Below, piece after piece: positions 36,934 through 45,190 of a DNA stretch of 64,000 bases. Position numbers and translations under genes: made by a program. Under the pieces are notes generated by a model, which searched no databases, was not told where the DNA came from, and was given only the letters and a program-made list of their open reading frames with translations. Location: assembly GCA_020052375.1 (NCBI GenBank), contig JAGVPG010000021.1, positions 129,811 through 193,810 on the forward strand, read 5' to 3'. Numbering within the stretch: the first letter of the stretch is position 1; each line of letters starts with the position of its first letter. The stretch comes from Actinomycetota bacterium. Its GTDB lineage: Bacteria > Actinomycetota > JAHEXW01 > JAGVPG01.

Positions 36934-38460
36934 TTAATAGCTATAGATTACGCTTGACTGATTGCCCGCGGTAACCGTTACATTGCGCGGGAATCTCCAA
37001 CCGCTTCCTCCCCACCTGTAAACCCTATAATCGCCGGGCGGTAAGCTGTCGAACAGGGCTTCACCCGCCGCGTAAGATCCGGTCTGCTTTGATACATCGT
37101 AACCGGTTCCCGTTACGCGGACCCAAACGCCGTTGCGCGGATTATGGCTCCGCGTTTCTGTTCTGACCAGTATAGAGCCAACCGTAGCATAGCCCTGAAG
37201 ATACGCGTTGTAGTTTGTGTTGCCGCTAGCCGTTATGTTTATCGTGTCCGTGTACGGCGTATACCCTGAGGCGGTTATATCCATTGTGTAATAGGCCACC
37301 TCAAGGTCTATTTCCAGTATACCGCTTGAATTCGTCTGCACGTCGATGATATCCCCCGTCGTTTGATTTGTCAGTTTGACATCGCAGACTCCCAGCCGTC
37401 CGTTAGTGGAATAATCAAATACTTCGAGGTGCAGATGCCCTGACGGTGTAGGTTGTAGTGTTATATCTATCGTCGTCGTCTGTCCTGCTGTCACGGTAGC
37501 CGTAACCGGTGAAGTCGTCGGATTATAAGCGGCCGCATCCGCCATTATGTCGTAGCTCCCCGGGAACAGGTTGATAAAATCGAATATCCCGTTACTGCTG
37601 TTATAATTATTCGAACCTGAATCCGGATTGGTCAGCGTGACCTTTGACTGTTTATCGATTATGTTACCGCCCGGGTCCCGGAGGTTTATAATAAGGTGCC
37701 CGGGAGCATCCATGATAAAAGTCAAATTCCGCGTCTGGCCGAATACAACGGTTGTAGTGAGGATCTCCTGATCCGGCCTAACAACGTATCCCGATTTTGT
37801 TGCCGTCAGCGAATAGTCTCCGTCGATCTGGCTTGGCTGGAGTTCCGCGAATATGCAGTTGCCCAGGTTGTCCGTCCATCCCACTTGTGGCGATGACGGC
37901 CCCGTCGTTATCTGGATACTCACGCCCTCGATCGGCGTCACTCCATCCGGTTTTAAGACCTGGGTCAGTATGTTCCCACCGTTGGAAGGCGATTCTTCCG
38001 ATTCTCTGGCCACATTTGAAGATATCTGCGCCAGGACTTCTGTGGTACCGCTCTTCATTACCGAGACCTGCGCCTTCTTATAGTCATTGGGCATGCTGTC
38101 CGTCCCTTGAGCAGCGGTACCGTCGAAGCTATCGTCTACCCACCAGACTCTCGTCTCGATATGGTATATAAGACCATTCGCTTCCGTCTCTTCCTTATCC
38201 GCCTGCAGTGTGCCATTGGGGTTGCCGTTTACAACGCCGACTTTGTCATACGACAGATTCCTGATCCGTTCCATCTCTCTGCTGGCGATGTTCGATGCTT
38301 GCGATTTGGCTCTGTTCTTCAATGTATAATTCGATACGGCCATATATAGGGGTATTAACGAGGCAAAGGCTATCAATATAAAACCCATAGCCGCCAGCGT
38401 TTCGATAAACGTAAAACCGTTTTCTGCGGGTTTCTTAGGTCTGCTCATCTTTTCTCTCAT
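36934..38460 (-). CDS. PilV-like prepilin with four C-terminal Ig/carboxypeptidase-regulatory-like repeats
   Basis: Prepilin motif NG|FTFIETLAAMGFILIAF. PilV-like PNDYKKAQVSV motif. About four repeated beta-sandwich modules (GVSIQITTG..., GHLHLEVFD..., GSILVRTE...). Confidence 0.6.
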   Translation of the reverse strand: MREKMSRPKKPAENGFTFIETLAAMGFILIAFASLIPLYMAVSNYTLKNRAKSQASNIASREMERIRNLSYDKVGVVNGNPNGTLQADKEETEANGLIYHIETRVWWVDDSFDGTAAQGTDSMPNDYKKAQVSVMKSGTTEVLAQISSNVARESEESPSNGGNILTQVLKPDGVTPIEGVSIQITTGPSSPQVGWTDNLGNCIFAELQPSQIDGDYSLTATKSGYVVRPDQEILTTTVVFGQTRNLTFIMDAPGHLIINLRDPGGNIIDKQSKVTLTNPDSGSNNYNSSNGIFDFINLFPGSYDIMADAAAYNPTTSPVTATVTAGQTTTIDITLQPTPSGHLHLEVFDYSTNGRLGVCDVKLTNQTTGDIIDVQTNSSGILEIDLEVAYYTMDITASGYTPYTDTINITASGNTNYNAYLQGYATVGSILVRTETRSHNPRNGVWVRVTGTGYDVSKQTGSYAAGEALFDSLPPGDYRVYRWGGSGWRFPRNVTVTAGNQSSVIYSY

Positions 38461-38570
38461 TTTTTTTTATTTTCTTTTTCTAAATACCTTATCGGCTATG
38501 TTCGACCCGGCCTTTAGGTTATTTACGCGCTTATTATGAGTAGAGGTTCATGGAATAAACGGTCCTGATC

Positions 38571-39017
38571 CTATCTTTTCTTATATTTGTCAGCGATTAT
38601 GCGGCAAGCCGCTTCGATCGCCATATAATAACTGTCAGGACCGAATCCGGAGATCTGTCCGAGAGCCACCGGCGCTATCACCGATTCCTTACGGAATTCT
38701 TCCCGGGCATAGATGTTTGAAAGGTGTACTTCTATCACTGAAGCGCTGACCGCCGCAAGTGCGTCTCTGATCGCCAGGCTGTAGTGCGTGAACGCTCCCG
38801 GATTCAGGATGATGATATCCGCCCCGGCTGTCTGGATATGATCGACGATCTCCCCTTCATGATTGGATTGGAATATATCTATATCATGACCTTTTTCAGC
38901 AGCCATGCTTTTTAGCCTCTTGTCGATCTCATCGATATTCGTCTCGCCGTATATGTCAGTCTCTCGTTTACCTATAAGGTTTATGTTCGGACCGTTGATG
39001 ACAACTATCTTAGCCAC
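38571..39017 (-). CDS. aroQ: 3-dehydroquinate dehydratase type II
   Basis: MAKIVVINGPNINLIGKRE...YG N-terminus, diagnostic for type II DHQase. Confidence 0.9.
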   Translation of the reverse strand: MAKIVVINGPNINLIGKRETDIYGETNIDEIDKRLKSMAAEKGHDIDIFQSNHEGEIVDHIQTAGADIIILNPGAFTHYSLAIRDALAAVSASVIEVHLSNIYAREEFRKESVIAPVALGQISGFGPDSYYMAIEAACRIIADKYKKR

Positions 39018-40101
39018 GGCTCATCTCCTCCAGGACCTTTCTTATCGGTTTCTCATCGAGCTCTTTTATGACCGGTTTCCCTATATCTTCCAGTAATATA
39101 AAAGTGATCTTCTCCGACGTCCTTTTCTTGTCGGCTTTCATAGCCGTTAATATCTTATCGCTATCGATCCCTTCCGGGACCTTTACGGGCAGACCGGCAG
39201 CTTTTAGCAGCTTTGTCTGCCTCTCCTCTACAAAACCGCTCATCCTTGCGATATCCCGTGACAGACGGGCCGCGATCGTCATCCCGATAGCCACGGCTTC
39301 TCCGTGTAGATATCTGGAATAAGAACCCATTGCTTCTATAGCGTGGCCGGCTGTGTGTCCGTAATTAAGTACCGCCCTGATATCCCTCGTATCTTTTTCG
39401 TCTTTCTCAACGATCATCGCTTTATAAGCCACAGAATCGGCGATGATCCTACTCATTTTATCCGCGTCTTTATTTATGATCCCTTCCATATTATCTTCCA
39501 GAAACCGGACCTTTTTTTCCTCGCTAAGAAAGGCTGTCTTTATGACCTCGGCCATCCCCTGGCTTAACTGCCTGTCCGGCAGCGTGGACAGTGTATCCGT
39601 GTCCGCCACCACAAAAGCGGGTTGATGGAACGCGCCGACAAGGTTCTTGCCTTCTTTTATATCGACGGCTACTTTCCCGCCTACGCTGCTATCGACCTGC
39701 GCCAGCAAGGATGTGGGTATCTGCACGAAGGGCACGCCTCTCATATACGTCGCCGCTACAAAACCCGCCAGGTCTCCGATGACTCCTCCGCCGACCGCTA
39801 TTATCGGGTCTTTGCGTGTCGCGCCCGACCTGACAAGACCTTTGTAGAGCTCGGCCGCGCTTTGCAATGTCTTATATTTCTCACCGTCCGGGACCAGAAG
39901 AACGTCGCATCCTATTCCTTGCGAATCGATGCCGTATCTTATCTTTTTGCCGTAAAAACTCCATATGACCGGGTTTGTTATCACAGTGGCTTTGGATAGA
40001 CCGATCGTCTCCTTAATGCGGATGCCCAGACTGTCTAGAAGGCCGGGGCCTATCTCTATGGAATATGCCCTTTCCTTCAAATCCACATCAACGATAGGCA
40101 T
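39010..40101 (-). CDS. aroB: 3-dehydroquinate synthase
   Basis: 363 aa with NAD-binding GGGVIGDLAGF and metal-binding motifs. Confidence 0.9.
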   Translation of the reverse strand: MPIVDVDLKERAYSIEIGPGLLDSLGIRIKETIGLSKATVITNPVIWSFYGKKIRYGIDSQGIGCDVLLVPDGEKYKTLQSAAELYKGLVRSGATRKDPIIAVGGGVIGDLAGFVAATYMRGVPFVQIPTSLLAQVDSSVGGKVAVDIKEGKNLVGAFHQPAFVVADTDTLSTLPDRQLSQGMAEVIKTAFLSEEKKVRFLEDNMEGIINKDADKMSRIIADSVAYKAMIVEKDEKDTRDIRAVLNYGHTAGHAIEAMGSYSRYLHGEAVAIGMTIAARLSRDIARMSGFVEERQTKLLKAAGLPVKVPEGIDSDKILTAMKADKKRTSEKITFILLEDIGKPVIKELDEKPIRKVLEEMSRG

Positions 40102-40603
40102 CGATCGCGTCCATCACCTTGTCTACTACCTGTTCGGCTTCCAGGTCTGATGTATCGATGATCACGTCTGCCACCTGGCTGTACTTCGCCTCGCGTTCCC
40201 GTAGTAGCTCATCTATCGCCTGCCTCGGATTCGTACTTTTAAGAAGCGGCCTTCTTCCGCCTTCTCCGATTCTTTCTTCTATCACGTTCGCATCCGCTTT
40301 CAGATATACGAAGATCCCGTTGCTCTTCAAGGCCGCCACGTTCTCCGGCCTCAACACGGCTCCGCCTCCGCATGCTATGACATAGCCGGAAAGATTGAGC
40401 GTCTTCTCTATCTCCCTGCTCTCGATCTTCCTGAAACCTTCTTCGCTATCCGTTTCGAAAACTTCGAATATGCTACGGCCTTCCTTCTTTTCGATCTCCG
40501 CGTCGATATCCATGAACGGTTCTTTTATCTTTTCCGCCAGAAACCGCCCGACTGTGCTTTTACCCGCTCCCATAAAACCTATAAGGACTATGTTTTTTTC
40601 CAT
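40088..40603 (-). CDS. aroK: shikimate kinase
   Basis: Walker A GFMGAGKST; 171 aa. Confidence 0.88.
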   Translation of the reverse strand: MEKNIVLIGFMGAGKSTVGRFLAEKIKEPFMDIDAEIEKKEGRSIFEVFETDSEEGFRKIESREIEKTLNLSGYVIACGGGAVLRPENVAALKSNGIFVYLKADANVIEERIGEGGRRPLLKSTNPRQAIDELLREREAKYSQVADVIIDTSDLEAEQVVDKVMDAIDAYR

Positions 40604-40606
40604 GGT

Positions 40607-41752
40607 CTACATACCTTCTTTATAAGAACTCAGGTTTCTCTCGATCTCTTTGATGCTGTCCCCGCCGAACTTTTCCAAGAATGCCTTCGCCACCTCGATA
40701 GCTACGACCGCTTCTCCTACAACGGCAGCGCTTGGTACCGCACACACATCCGATCGCTCCTTCAACGCCAGAGCCTCTTTCGTGCTCTTAACGTCTACCG
40801 TATGCAGTGGCTTTTTTAGCGTCGGTATCGGTTTCATGGCCGCCGTCACCCTTACCGGTTCTCCGTTTGTCACGCCGCCCTCAAGCCCGCCCGCTCTATT
40901 TGTGGTCCTTTTGATGCGCTTGTCCCGGGTCAAAGACATCTCGTCATGGACCTGCGAGCCTTTCTTCTCCGATACCGCAAACCCGTCTCCGATCGCGACG
41001 CCTTTGATCGCCGGGATGCTCATCACGGCTCCGGCCAGGCGCGAGTCGAGCCGCATATCCCACTGGGTATAACTTCCTAATCCCGGCGGTAAGCCGAATA
41101 CCACTATCTCGAATACGCCCCCGAGGGTGTCGCCTTCCTCTTTGGCTTTCTTTATCGCCTCGACCATCCGTTTGCTCGCTTTTTCATTTATGCATCTTAC
41201 CTGCGATCCATTGATGATCTTTGCGTCCTCCATGTCATTTATGACCGATTCCGTCTTGACATCTCCAATGGATAATACATTGCTTGCTAATCTTATGTCG
41301 AAAATGGTGAGCATCTTCTTGGCCACGGCGCCGACAGCAGTGCGAGCGGCAGTCTCTCTAGCCGATGCCCGCTCTATGACATTCCTTATGTCGTCGAATC
41401 CGTATTTGAGATATCCGGCCATATCCGCGTGCCCCGGCCTTGGTGTTGTTATCGGTTCGGGCTTCTTGCCGGTGGCCTCGACAGACATCCTATCTTGCCA
41501 GTTCTTATAGTCTTTATTGCGTATCAGGATCGAGACCGGGCTGCCGATCGTCATGCCCTCTCTTACGCCGCCCAAGATCTCGGCAGCATCGGATTCTATG
41601 TCCATCCTGCCGCCCCTTCCGAAGCCGCCTTGTCGTCTTTTAAGTTCGACGTTGATGTCTTTGGCCGATATTGATATACCTGCGGGAACACCGTCCACGA
41701 TAGCTGTAAGCCCGGGACCGTGCGATTCACCCGCCGTTAAAAATCTGAACAC
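40607..41752 (-). CDS. aroC: chorismate synthase
   Basis: GESHGPGL N-terminal signature; 381 aa. Confidence 0.92.
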   Translation of the reverse strand: MFRFLTAGESHGPGLTAIVDGVPAGISISAKDINVELKRRQGGFGRGGRMDIESDAAEILGGVREGMTIGSPVSILIRNKDYKNWQDRMSVEATGKKPEPITTPRPGHADMAGYLKYGFDDIRNVIERASARETAARTAVGAVAKKMLTIFDIRLASNVLSIGDVKTESVINDMEDAKIINGSQVRCINEKASKRMVEAIKKAKEEGDTLGGVFEIVVFGLPPGLGSYTQWDMRLDSRLAGAVMSIPAIKGVAIGDGFAVSEKKGSQVHDEMSLTRDKRIKRTTNRAGGLEGGVTNGEPVRVTAAMKPIPTLKKPLHTVDVKSTKEALALKERSDVCAVPSAAVVGEAVVAIEVAKAFLEKFGGDSIKEIERNLSSYKEGM

Positions 41753-41792
41753 AACACTCCTTTGTCCGTATTTTTTCTTCAGCCTTCAGCTC

Positions 41793-42281
41793 TTATTTCA
41801 GTGTCATCGCCTGTCCGAGATAGAGGGTATACTGGTTGTCGCCATACATGATGACCACGCTTCCGGCGGAAATGGAGATCAACCTGTAGTTACTGGCAAA
41901 CGTCGACCCCTGCGGTATGTCCGTATATGTTGTCCCGTTGACCGTTATGGTCGCTGTCGTAAGATCGGTCGAGACGCTGACCAAAGTAGCGGATGAAGTC
42001 GTCGTTCCGCCAGTCGATGTGGTCGTCGTGGTTACGGTCGTCGATGCCCCCGCACCAAGCTTCGGCTGGAAGGGATCGTTGTTTTCGTATATCTCATAAC
42101 CTTCTATCTTTCCGGGTACCGGTTTAGTTGTCTGCTGGTCTGTTGATTTTGAAGATGACGGGGCCGTCTCTTTCTTAAGTGTCCCTACTTCAGGCGGGGT
42201 CGCGCAGCCTGAGATCATTAATCCTGCCATAGCGATAACCATGATTGGGACCAGCCAGATCTTCCTATTCGATGTCATCAT
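41793..42281 (-). CDS. Thr-rich lipoprotein in the PilP position of the pilMNO operon
   Basis: Lipobox LMISGC and a poly-Thr/Ser linker (TTVTTTTTSTGGTTTSSAT). Translationally coupled to pilO (4-nt overlap). Confidence 0.4.
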   Translation of the reverse strand: MMTSNRKIWLVPIMVIAMAGLMISGCATPPEVGTLKKETAPSSSKSTDQQTTKPVPGKIEGYEIYENNDPFQPKLGAGASTTVTTTTTSTGGTTTSSATLVSVSTDLTTATITVNGTTYTDIPQGSTFASNYRLISISAGSVVIMYGDNQYTLYLGQAMTLK

Positions 42282-42946
42282 TGCTGACCGCCTCCTGAAC
42301 TGCCACCACTTGATCCTTCCGCAGCGCTTTTAGCCGCGCCTGTTGCGCTTGCTCCCGGCGTTGCGCCTCCGCCGCCTGCGCCGGCTGTCGGTTTGACTCC
42401 CGGCGTCAATATATAGATATGCGCTTTCATATCCGCTTGTATAGACGGTAGTTTTTCCGTTGGCTCCTCTTTGACTTCTATATACGTGATCTGCATCAAG
42501 CGTGGTAGTTTCTCCATCCTGTACACGAAGTCCAAAAGTGGATAGAAATACCCTTTTACCTGGATATCAATAGGAACATCTTTATAGTCCTCTTTTTGTA
42601 TGGGACTTGCCGGTTTGACCGATACGAGCGTCAATCCCGCTTTCTTCGAGATCTCCTCGATCTGTATCAGCATAGATGGCAACTCCGCTTCTTCCGGTGT
42701 CTTCCTCTCCTGCCGGAGCATCTCCGATTCAGTCTTTCTGGACATCCTTTTTATATCCTCGAGCTGCTTTAAGTTGGTCTTGGCTAACTCCAGTTCCTGC
42801 CTTGCCGTCGTCTCTTCTGCCTTATACGCTCCGAGGCTCACGATCTGAGGCACAAGAAATAGAAAAACGAATGCGATTATGACGATCAAGAAACCTACGC
42901 CTGCCGCTATGACCTGTTGTTTTGGGCTCAGTTTCGGTATTTTCAT
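42278..42946 (-). CDS. type IV pilus assembly protein PilO-like
   Basis: Single N-terminal TM then a coiled-coil region; located right after PilN. Confidence 0.65.
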   Translation of the reverse strand: MKIPKLSPKQQVIAAGVGFLIVIIAFVFLFLVPQIVSLGAYKAEETTARQELELAKTNLKQLEDIKRMSRKTESEMLRQERKTPEEAELPSMLIQIEEISKKAGLTLVSVKPASPIQKEDYKDVPIDIQVKGYFYPLLDFVYRMEKLPRLMQITYIEVKEEPTEKLPSIQADMKAHIYILTPGVKPTAGAGGGGATPGASATGAAKSAAEGSSGGSSGGGQQ

Positions 42947-42947
42947 C

Positions 42948-43562
42948 TTACTTCTTCCCCTTGTCAGAGTCTTTAAACTTCGTCAGATAAACAGTCGTCT
43001 GAAACTCTATGACCTTGTTGTCTTCCAATTCCTTTTCTGCAGACGAGTTGAGCCAGACTGTCCTGAACTGATTTACTTCGCTAAGATGGACGAGCCATCT
43101 GGCTACAGCCGCATGGTCGAGCGCATATCCTGTGATCTGGATAGGCGGGCTTGTCGTCGGAGCGGCCGCTTTCTGATCTTTGGCCGTAAGTATCGGCCCA
43201 AGATCAGCCTTGAAGTCGCTTATCCACACGTCGTTCGGAATGACCATACTTATGTTGTTCAAGATACTGGACCATGACACCTGGTCTTCCGTTATCTTCT
43301 TGACTATGTCCTGTCTTTCGTCAAATGTCTTTTTTCTTTCTTCATAAGGTTTTAAAGTGCTGGTCGCCGCCTCTACCTTGTTTTTCTCCTGCCGGATCAC
43401 ATCCACTCGATTGCTGGCTACGACCTTCTGTACGTATATCACCGCGTATAAGAAGATTATGAATCCGAACATAAACGCGAACGCGATGGAAATTATCACT
43501 ATGATCGATCGAGCTTTCTGCTTTTCGACTAGTTCCGGAGGGATGAGGTCTATCCGCGTCAT
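42948..43562 (-). CDS. type IV pilus assembly protein PilN-like
   Basis: INLLP-like N-terminus (IDLIPPELVEKQK), a single TM and a coiled coil. Confidence 0.7.
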   Translation of the reverse strand: MTRIDLIPPELVEKQKARSIIVIISIAFAFMFGFIIFLYAVIYVQKVVASNRVDVIRQEKNKVEAATSTLKPYEERKKTFDERQDIVKKITEDQVSWSSILNNISMVIPNDVWISDFKADLGPILTAKDQKAAAPTTSPPIQITGYALDHAAVARWLVHLSEVNQFRTVWLNSSAEKELEDNKVIEFQTTVYLTKFKDSDKGKK

Positions 43563-44683
43563 TTCTTCACATCCTTCAGCGCTAGTCCGATCGGCACCGA
43601 TAGTGATGGCTCGACATCATGGATCTGGTCCTCCGTCAGGTTGAGCCTGCCTATCTTGATATTCTGCAGAGGTTTACCATCCTCTACCTTTATCTGTAAA
43701 GACTTTTCCAGGTCTTCAATCAGACCCACGACTTTCGATCCGCGTCCGCTGACGATTATCTTCCCCGGCGGCCTGCATCCCGTCTGATCCATACAGTAGT
43801 CTATGGAACGTCTTATCTCGCGTACGAACTGCTGTATCTTCGGTCTCAATATGTCGCCTGCCTTAACCTCTTTTTCCTGAGCCGCCGCCGCTTTCTTCTT
43901 CCCCGGCTTTGGTTCTGAGAGAACTACTTTGAGCGCTTCGGCATCTTCCTCCGATAGATCCATCTGATCGGCTATAGCCTTTGTGAAATCATTCCCTCCG
44001 AACATCAGGATACGCACGAAATACGGCATGCCTTCGTCCAAGACGATCATGTTGCTGACACCCGCCCCTATATTCAAGAGACATACCGCGGATTCCGCCT
44101 GTTCCGCATCGGTCTCTGTCGGCAAGAACTTGGCCTTTGGAATGAGCGATCTCATCAATGCGAAGGATTTTACATCGATGGACTTGGGTACGAGACCCGC
44201 TGCCGCGAAGACATCGACTACCGCCTGGATCATCTCGCGCTGTGCGGCTACGAGGAGCACCTTCATCATCTTTTCGCCTTCGCGCACTTCGAATTCCTTC
44301 AGGATCTCGAAATCTATGATCGTCTCTTCGATAGGCATCGGTATATAGTCGGCCGCCTGGAACCTTATGGCCCCTTTCAACTCTTCCTCGCTCATAAGCG
44401 GGAGGTCGATCACGCGGACTATGACTTTCTGGTTTGCGATGCCGACGACGATGTCTCTCTTTTCAAAGCCGCCGGAACGCCACAGGTCTTTTAAAGCGCT
44501 CGCCACACCTTTGACATCCGAGATCTCACCATCGACCACCAGTCCTTCCGGTATCTTCACAAAACCGACTCTGTTCAATACCGGTGGTTCTTTATTTATG
44601 TTTATCTCCGCCACCCTGATCGATCTGGTCCCTATATCGACACCGATCGCCTGGGAGGCTTTTCCAATCGTTATTAAGGGCAT
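43559..44683 (-). CDS. pilM: type IV pilus assembly protein PilM (actin-like ATPase fold)
   Basis: N-terminal GVDIGTRSIRVAE actin-fold phosphate-1 motif; 374 aa. Confidence 0.85.
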   Translation of the reverse strand: MPLITIGKASQAIGVDIGTRSIRVAEININKEPPVLNRVGFVKIPEGLVVDGEISDVKGVASALKDLWRSGGFEKRDIVVGIANQKVIVRVIDLPLMSEEELKGAIRFQAADYIPMPIEETIIDFEILKEFEVREGEKMMKVLLVAAQREMIQAVVDVFAAAGLVPKSIDVKSFALMRSLIPKAKFLPTETDAEQAESAVCLLNIGAGVSNMIVLDEGMPYFVRILMFGGNDFTKAIADQMDLSEEDAEALKVVLSEPKPGKKKAAAAQEKEVKAGDILRPKIQQFVREIRRSIDYCMDQTGCRPPGKIIVSGRGSKVVGLIEDLEKSLQIKVEDGKPLQNIKIGRLNLTEDQIHDVEPSLSVPIGLALKDVKK

Positions 44684-44869
44684 TTATCCCTCCGTCTTGG
44701 TCGGAGTCGATTCGTTTGTCAGATACTGCTCGACCGTCTGCGCCTTTATGCGGTAACCGCGCCCGACGCGCACAGCAGGTAGATTACCCCGCTTTATCAG
44801 GCGATATACCGTCATTTTGGATACTCTTAGGTCTGAGGCTACTTCGGTCACCGTTAGCAGTCTTTTCAT
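44684..44869 (-). CDS. excisionase/MerR-family helix-turn-helix DNA-binding protein (HTH_17-like)
   Basis: 61 aa: LLTVTEVASDLRVSKMTVYRLIKRGNLPAVRVGRGYRI. Its stop abuts the pilM start, so it is the first gene of the pilMNO operon. SD AGGTGAGG. Confidence 0.7.
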   Translation of the reverse strand: MKRLLTVTEVASDLRVSKMTVYRLIKRGNLPAVRVGRGYRIKAQTVEQYLTNESTPTKTEG

Positions 44870-44904
44870 TTCCTCACCTCAAAATCACACCAGTTCACAG
44901 CACT

Positions 44905-44990
44905 TCTGCATGTTATCACTAGGTAACTTTAGTTGTCAAATCTTAACTCTTGTTAACACCCGTTATCATTAGGTAACTTTTGCAACACAT
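44905..44990 (-). promoter_or_regulatory. promoter/operator region: 19-bp imperfect palindromic motif (GTTATCAYTAGGTAACTTT) as a direct repeat, overlapping a TTGACA-N18-TAACAT promoter
   Basis: Plus strand carries GTTATCACTAGGTAACTTTAG (44912-44932) and GTTATCATTAGGTAACTTTTG (44962-44982). Each has GTTAYC...GGTAAC inverted symmetry. On the coding strand the -35 TTGACA sits immediately 5' of the downstream copy. Confidence 0.45.
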
Positions 44991-45085
44991 TGAGTTTATC
45001 GGCAAACTAAACCTCGACTTTAGCTATTTACTCAGATTTATAGGTCATCGTTGATCTTTATTTCTCAAGTCTGGATTTATAGTTT

Positions 45086-45118
45086 AGACAAAAGCAAAGC
45101 CGACCTAAAGGTCGGCTG
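45086..45118 (-). terminator. rho-independent terminator after the PilX/K-like gene
   Basis: GCCGACC-TTTA-GGTCGGC hairpin followed on the coding strand by TTTGCTTTTGT. Confidence 0.6.
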
Positions 45119-45190
45119 CTACATATAATACTTCATCAGTTGATTATGTCTTCCTTGCTTCTTGCTTCTTGCTTCTTTCCGTTTTACACT

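Noticed and set aside
44870-45190. The largest intergenic region (321 bp) as a possible small RNA, CRISPR leader or mobile-element remnant.
   Set aside because: It is explained by a terminator for the upstream PilX/K-like gene plus the promoter/operator region of the HTH-pilM operon. The repeats are short operator-like motifs, not CRISPR-sized repeat-spacer units, and no integrase or transposase is nearby.
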